From the NCBI GenBank assembly GCA_026391975.1, contig JAPLDB010000110.1:3535-67534 (forward strand): a DNA stretch of 64,000 nt, in the 5' to 3' direction. This DNA is from Bacteroidota bacterium. Lineage in GTDB: Bacteria; Bacteroidota; Bacteroidia; AKYH767-A; 2013-40CM-41-45. The notes under the pieces were generated by a model, which saw nothing but the letters and a program-made list of their open reading frames with translations, had not been told where the DNA came from and did not search any database. This document shows, in pieces, positions 58,786 through 64,000 of the stretch. Numbering within the stretch: position 1 is the first letter of the stretch; every line of letters begins with the position of its first letter. The translations under genes were made by a program, and so were the position numbers.

Positions 58786-61700
58786 ATGCGTTTAACATCA
58801 CTTGAGATCAAAGGATTTAAAAGTTTTGGCGAAAAGACCGTCATTCATTTTGACAAAGGCGTGACGGCCATTGTGGGCCCGAACGGCAGCGGAAAGAGCA
58901 ATGTGGTAGATGCCATGCGTTGGGTGCTTGGTGAGCAGAAGACCAGAATGCTCCGGAGTGAGAAGATGGAAAATATCATCTTTAACGGTACAAAAACCCG
59001 CAAACAGGCCAGTGTGGCTGAAGTGAGCATTTCATTTGACAACACCAAAAACATACTCCCGACAGAATACACCAGCGTTACCATTACCCGCAGACTATAC
59101 CGCAGTGGCGAAAGCGAATACCTTCTGAACAATGTAACCTGCCGCCTGAAAGACATTACAGATCTTTTCATGGACACAGGTATCGGTTCTGATTCTTATG
59201 CAATCATTGAACTGAAGATGGTGGATGAGATCCTGAATGACAAGAATAATTCAATCAAGCTTTTGTTTGAGGAAGCTGCCGGGATTTCAAAGTACAAAGT
59301 GCGGAAGAAGCAAACGCTGAACAAACTCGAGGAGACAGATGCAGACCTGAGCCGTGTGAATGACCTCTTGTTCGAGATCGAAAAAAACCTGAAGACTTTG
59401 GAGTCGCAGGCAAGGAAAACAGAACGATATTATAAATTAAAAGAACAATACAAGGAACTTAGTACTGAACTCGCATTGTTTACCATTTCTTCGAACAAGA
59501 CCACCTACGAAGAACTTCAGTCGCAGGAAACAAATCAGATCGAGGAACGCATTGCGCTGGAAGCACAGATCGCTGAAACAGAAGCAAGACTTCAGGCTGA
59601 TAAACTGGTGAATCTTGATCTTGAAAAAGAACTGGGTGATGCACAAAAACAACTTAACGAAAAAATTTCCCACATCCGTCAGCAGGAAAACGACAAGAAG
59701 ATCAGCAACGAAAAGCTGAAATACCTGCAGGACAAAGAAGCACAACTCAGCCAGCAATTAAGTGCAGACAAGAACAACCTTGTTCAGACGCAGGATCAGA
59801 TCAGCCTTCTTGAAGAAGAAAAATTTGCAGAAGAAAATCTATTAACACAACTCCAGCAGCAGCTTGAAGATTTACGCGGAGTGCTTGATGCCGCTAAACT
59901 CAATCACGACTCTTTAAAGAGTGAAGTCAACCTTGTTTCTCATGAAGTGAAAGCGATCCAGCTTTCCATGCATGAGTCAGAGAAAAGCTATGCTGTTGCT
60001 CAGGCAAGGAAAGAATCCCTTCACAAAGAGATCGACCGCCTGAAAAATGATACTGAACTCAAATCAACAGAGCACGAACCTCTTGCTGTAAAAACAACTG
60101 AAGCAAAAGCTGAAAAAGAACTGAAAGAAACAGAACTTCAGTCATTGGTTGAAAGCGAAGAACAAATGGCAGAAAGCATCATCTACATGGATGATGAGTT
60201 GAAGCGCCTCACCGATGAATTGATGGCTGAAGGCCGGAAACTTGACGCAAAAGAAAATGAATACAAACTCACTAAGAGCCTTGTAGACAATCTTGAAGGT
60301 TACCCTGAATCTCTGCGATACATCAAGAAGAGTGCATCGAAAGCCTCACAGGCACCTTTGTTCAGTGATGTATTGTCGGCAGGAAATGAATTCAAATCAG
60401 CGCTTGAAATTTACCTCGAGCCTTACATGAATTATTTTGTGATCGAGGATATTGAAGAGGCGAGCAAAGCAGTAAACCTGTTGAGCGAAGCTTCAAAGGG
60501 ACGTGCGAATTTCTTCATCCTGAAAAATTTCGAGGATGAAAACACCACCACTCCCGGACCGATCGCAGGATGTATCCATGCAATGGACATTCTCGAAGTG
60601 GAAGAGAAATACAGACCGTTGTGCAGTTACCTGCTTCGGAATGTTTACATCGTTACTGAAAATCAGGACAACACTCCTTCTTTACAAAATGAAAACAGGT
60701 CATCTGTATTCATTTCCCAAAATGGAAAATATTGCCGCACAAAGCATGCACTGAGCGGTGGATCTGTGGGACTATTTGATGGCAAAAGGATCGGACGCGC
60801 CAAACATATGGAGCAGCTCAGCAAAGAAATTGAAGAGCTTTCTGTTTCTCTTTCTAAAGTAAAAGCCCTCCGCGACAATATGCAGCGTGATCTTTCGGAG
60901 ACAAAGCTTCGCAAAGAGAAAATGGTATCAGGAAAAAACAGACTGCAACAGGAACTGAACAAGATCAACCATGAATTCTCTTCTCTCAGCAGCAAGGCAG
61001 AACATTTATTTGCCGCCATGGAGAATAACAAAACGATTCTCAATGACCTGGAAAGCCAGCTTTCAGCGCTGGAAGGTTCACTCAACCAAAACAGTCTGAG
61101 CCACCAGGAACACCTGGACCAGATGAAGGCAACCTTCAATACCCTGAACGAACGACTTACTTTATTACAGTCTCAGTTCAATGATGCTACACATGAACTC
61201 GACAAACAAAGCAATGAATACAACCAGCATCATATCAAGTGTATTCAGCAACAGAATAAGCTTGCAACTACTGTAAGGGACCTTACTTACAAAGTTACGC
61301 TGCTGGAAACACTGCAGAAAAACATTACATCGAATACTACAGATTACGAAGGTGTACAAGTCCAGATTGCTGAACTGATAAGCACCAGCGAGGATTTTGA
61401 TACACAGTTGATCGCATTGTATGCCGACAAAGAAGCATTTGAGCAGACTGTGAATGTGCTTGAAACAAATTATTTCAAAGCACGCGGCGCCATTGATGAG
61501 CTGGAAACTGCAATTCGTCAGATCCGTCACCGCAAAGAGCAAAGCGACCAGCTTGCACAGGCCGTGAAAGACAAAACCATGGAACTGAAAATGCAACTGA
61601 ACGGTTTGAAAGAACGCCTGAGTGTGGAGTTCGGACTTGACATCAATGAGCTGCTTGATAAAGATCCTTCACCTGACTGGACTGAAGAAACGCTGCGCGA

Positions 61701-62346
61701 AAAAGTGACCAAACAAAAATCGCAGCTTGACAATTACGGTCCGATCAACCCGATGGCTGTTGAAGCGTTCAATGAGATCAAAGAACGCCATACATTTATA
61801 ATTGAACAGAAAGATGACCTTGCACGTGCAAAAGAATCGTTGCTTCAGACTATCAGCGAAATTGAAATGACTGCGAAAGAGAATTTCATGAAAGCATTTG
61901 TTGAGATCCGCACAAACTTCATGAAGGTATTCAGGTCATTGTTTACAGAAGATGATGATTGCGATCTCATCCTCCTCGATCCGTCAAATCCGACTGAAAG
62001 TGATGTGCAGATCATAGCCAAGCCAAAAGGAAAACGACCGCTGAGTATTTCTCAGTTGAGCGGTGGAGAAAAAACGCTGACTGCAATTGCGCTTCTGTTT
62101 GGTATTTACCTGATCAAGCCGGCTCCGTTCTGTATTTTTGATGAGGTAGATGCACCGCTGGATGATACCAACATTGACAAGTTCAATAACATCATCAAGA
62201 AATTTTCCGGTGATTCTCAGTTCATCATCATCACGCACAACAAGCGCACGATGACTTCCACTGATATCATTTATGGTATCACGATGGCAGAACCGGGTGT
62301 AACGCAGGTTGTACCGGTGGATCTGACTGAAGTGGTGGAAAATTAA
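58786..62346 (+). CDS. smc: Chromosome segregation protein SMC
   Basis: N-terminal Walker A GPNGSGKSN, long coiled coils, hinge, C-terminal signature LSGGEKTLTAIALLF and Walker B IFDEVDAPLD. 1186 aa. Confidence 0.9.
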   Translation: MRLTSLEIKGFKSFGEKTVIHFDKGVTAIVGPNGSGKSNVVDAMRWVLGEQKTRMLRSEKMENIIFNGTKTRKQASVAEVSISFDNTKNILPTEYTSVTITRRLYRSGESEYLLNNVTCRLKDITDLFMDTGIGSDSYAIIELKMVDEILNDKNNSIKLLFEEAAGISKYKVRKKQTLNKLEETDADLSRVNDLLFEIEKNLKTLESQARKTERYYKLKEQYKELSTELALFTISSNKTTYEELQSQETNQIEERIALEAQIAETEARLQADKLVNLDLEKELGDAQKQLNEKISHIRQQENDKKISNEKLKYLQDKEAQLSQQLSADKNNLVQTQDQISLLEEEKFAEENLLTQLQQQLEDLRGVLDAAKLNHDSLKSEVNLVSHEVKAIQLSMHESEKSYAVAQARKESLHKEIDRLKNDTELKSTEHEPLAVKTTEAKAEKELKETELQSLVESEEQMAESIIYMDDELKRLTDELMAEGRKLDAKENEYKLTKSLVDNLEGYPESLRYIKKSASKASQAPLFSDVLSAGNEFKSALEIYLEPYMNYFVIEDIEEASKAVNLLSEASKGRANFFILKNFEDENTTTPGPIAGCIHAMDILEVEEKYRPLCSYLLRNVYIVTENQDNTPSLQNENRSSVFISQNGKYCRTKHALSGGSVGLFDGKRIGRAKHMEQLSKEIEELSVSLSKVKALRDNMQRDLSETKLRKEKMVSGKNRLQQELNKINHEFSSLSSKAEHLFAAMENNKTILNDLESQLSALEGSLNQNSLSHQEHLDQMKATFNTLNERLTLLQSQFNDATHELDKQSNEYNQHHIKCIQQQNKLATTVRDLTYKVTLLETLQKNITSNTTDYEGVQVQIAELISTSEDFDTQLIALYADKEAFEQTVNVLETNYFKARGAIDELETAIRQIRHRKEQSDQLAQAVKDKTMELKMQLNGLKERLSVEFGLDINELLDKDPSPDWTEETLREKVTKQKSQLDNYGPINPMAVEAFNEIKERHTFIIEQKDDLARAKESLLQTISEIEMTAKENFMKAFVEIRTNFMKVFRSLFTEDDDCDLILLDPSNPTESDVQIIAKPKGKRPLSISQLSGGEKTLTAIALLFGIYLIKPAPFCIFDEVDAPLDDTNIDKFNNIIKKFSGDSQFIIITHNKRTMTSTDIIYGITMAEPGVTQVVPVDLTEVVEN

Positions 62347-62396
62347 TCACTGAACTCCATACACAAAACCACTTTGATATTTTCAGAGCGGTTTTT

Positions 62397-63164
62397 TTAT
62401 TGCTGTGCCTTAATTAAAGCTTCAGCAACAGCAAGGTCAACAGGAAAAGTAATTTTGATATTCTCTTCTTCCCCTTCTGTAAGGTTGATCTTTTCTCCCA
62501 GGGCTTCAACTACGGATGCATCATCTGTAAAAGAGCTTTTGTAATCCGTGAGGTAACCCTTCTTTAAAGTGGCAACTGAAAAACATTGCGGTGTTTGAAT
62601 GGAGACAAGTTCATTTCTGTTCATTGCCTGGTTTTCCGAACCGCTCACCCTTCTTACAGATTCCCTAAGTGGCATACAAGGAACAGCATTTCCTTTTTTT
62701 GCGGCTTCTGAAAAACAATTGTTAATCATTGAAACTGATAACAAAGGACGAACACCATCGTGTACGCCAACCACACCATGCTCCCCTACCCTTTCAAGAC
62801 CGTTCTTCACAGAATGAAAACGTGTTTCACCGCCTTTCACAATTTCATGTTCAATTGAAAAATTGTGTTTCGCACAAAGATTTTTCCATTCGCTGATTTC
62901 ATTTTCAGGAAGAACCAGAATTATTTTCATCGCACGATCTGCAACGAAGAATTTCTCTATGGTATGCATAAGGATGGGTTTCCCTGCAAGAGAAATGAAC
63001 TGCTTGGGCATTCCCGCATTCATCCGGGTTCCGGTTCCACCGGCAACGATGATGATGTAATAAGCCCCTCCTTCCAGATAACTATCGGGACTCCCCGAAG
63101 GGGAGGAACCGGATTCCAGTACATTGATAATTTCTTTCATTACTTTTTGTTTTGTTGTGTTCAA
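62397..63164 (-). CDS. ispD: 2-C-methyl-D-erythritol 4-phosphate cytidylyltransferase. The true start may be the internal Met at 63140.
   Basis: IIIVAGGTGTRMNAGMPKQFISLAGKPIL.. is the IspD nucleotide-binding signature. Confidence 0.8.
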   Translation of the reverse strand: MNTTKQKVMKEIINVLESGSSPSGSPDSYLEGGAYYIIIVAGGTGTRMNAGMPKQFISLAGKPILMHTIEKFFVADRAMKIILVLPENEISEWKNLCAKHNFSIEHEIVKGGETRFHSVKNGLERVGEHGVVGVHDGVRPLLSVSMINNCFSEAAKKGNAVPCMPLRESVRRVSGSENQAMNRNELVSIQTPQCFSVATLKKGYLTDYKSSFTDDASVVEALGEKINLTEGEEENIKITFPVDLAVAEALIKAQQ

Positions 63165-63201
63165 ACAAAAAGCCCCTCCTCTGGAGGGGTTGGGGAGGCC
63201 T

Positions 63202-64000
63202 TTAGATAATCAGCATGGCATCTCCATAGCTGTAGAATTTATACTTTTCTTTTACGGCAACTTTGTAAGCATTCATCACGTGATCGTATCCGCCAAAGGC
63301 AGCCACCATCATCAACAAAGTACTTTCAGGCATATGAAAATTCGTGATCATGCAATTGGCCACGCTGAAATCGTATGGAGGAAAAATAAACTTGTTAGTC
63401 CAGCCGTCGAATGGTTTTACGTCACCTTGTGTAGAAACGGAAGTTTCAATGGAGCGCATCACTGTAGTACCAACAGCACAAACCCTTTTCTTTTTTGCAC
63501 GCGCTTTGTTAACGATCTCACAACACTGAGGCGGAATGATCACCTGCTCGCTGTCCATCTTATGCTTTGTAAGGTCCTCCACTTCTACAGGGCGGAAAGT
63601 ACCAAGCCCGACGTGCAGCGTAAGTTCAGCAAACGTTACACCTTTCAGCTCGAGTCTTTTCATCATTTCCATGCTCAGGTGCAAACCTGCTGTGGGAGCA
63701 GCAACGGCGCCTTCATGCTTTGCAAAAACCGTTTGGTAACGTTCAGCATCTTCAGGTTCTGCTTTGCGCTTGATGTATTTTGGAAGCGGCGTATTGCCCA
63801 ATACTGTGATCGCATTTTTAAAATCTTCATAAGGTCCGTCGAAGAGGAATCGAAGCGTACGGCCGCGGGAAGTAGTATTGTCAATTACTTCAGCAACCAA
63901 TAAATCGTCATCACCGAAATAAAGCTTGTTACCGATTCTGATCTTACGGGCAGGATCAACAAGCACATCCCAAAGGCGGCTTTCGCGGTTGAGTTCGCGC
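63202..64000 (-). CDS. queA: S-adenosylmethionine:tRNA ribosyltransferase-isomerase QueA. The C-terminal ~254 codons are in the window; the N-terminus lies beyond the window end.
   Basis: ..[21 protein letters not shown].., ..VGLGTFRPV.. QueA motifs. The frame is open to position 64000. Confidence 0.85.
   Translation of the reverse strand, partial: RELNRESRLWDVLVDPARKIRIGNKLYFGDDDLLVAEVIDNTTSRGRTLRFLFDGPYEDFKNAITVLGNTPLPKYIKRKAEPEDAERYQTVFAKHEGAVAAPTAGLHLSMEMMKRLELKGVTFAELTLHVGLGTFRPVEVEDLTKHKMDSEQVIIPPQCCEIVNKARAKKKRVCAVGTTVMRSIETSVSTQGDVKPFDGWTNKFIFPPYDFSVANCMITNFHMPESTLLMMVAAFGGYDHVMNAYKVAVKEKYKFYSYGDAMLII

Overview
The window reads as a Bacteroidota chromosomal segment. Three ORFs end in type-A T9SS C-terminal sorting domains, 'TAnnTTTG' -7 promoter motifs sit just upstream of several starts, and many proteins have lipoprotein or signal-peptide N-termini. 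The gene content is mostly housekeeping and cell-envelope: a partial citrate synthase, a glutathione-peroxidase-like enzyme fused to a T9SS CTD, an FAH-family hydrolase, a single RelA/SpoT homologue, ftsE, two GT4 glycosyltransferases, a paaABCD(+enoyl-CoA hydratase) phenylacetyl-CoA epoxidase cluster, wecA/wecB-like genes, dsbD, and a BMP-type ABC transporter. A long co-directional nucleotide-sugar precursor island follows (DegT aminotransferase, ugd, UDP-GlcA decarboxylase, WbpD/WbpB/WbpA-like, galE, rfbB, WbpP-like epimerase, CpsB-type phosphatase), then ruvC, HIT, greA, smc, ispD and a partial queA. Five things stand out. First, a tight three-gene outer-membrane operon (49473-58339) made of a giant CarboxypepD_reg/plug TonB-dependent-receptor-like barrel, a 1360-aa protein ending in a type-B-like T9SS CTD, and a PorP/SprF- or PorV-like barrel. 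Second, a ~0.73-kb palindromic MITE-like element inserted in the 3' end of ruvC with a 40-bp imperfect duplication of the target. Third, a decayed N-terminal remnant of an MmeI/PglX-family methyltransferase. Fourth, a pervasive family of 7-8-bp tandem repeats placed immediately after stop codons, including between cistrons. Fifth, a long hairpin with CACGGAGG repeats. No rRNA, tRNA or CRISPR array could be supported from the sequence.
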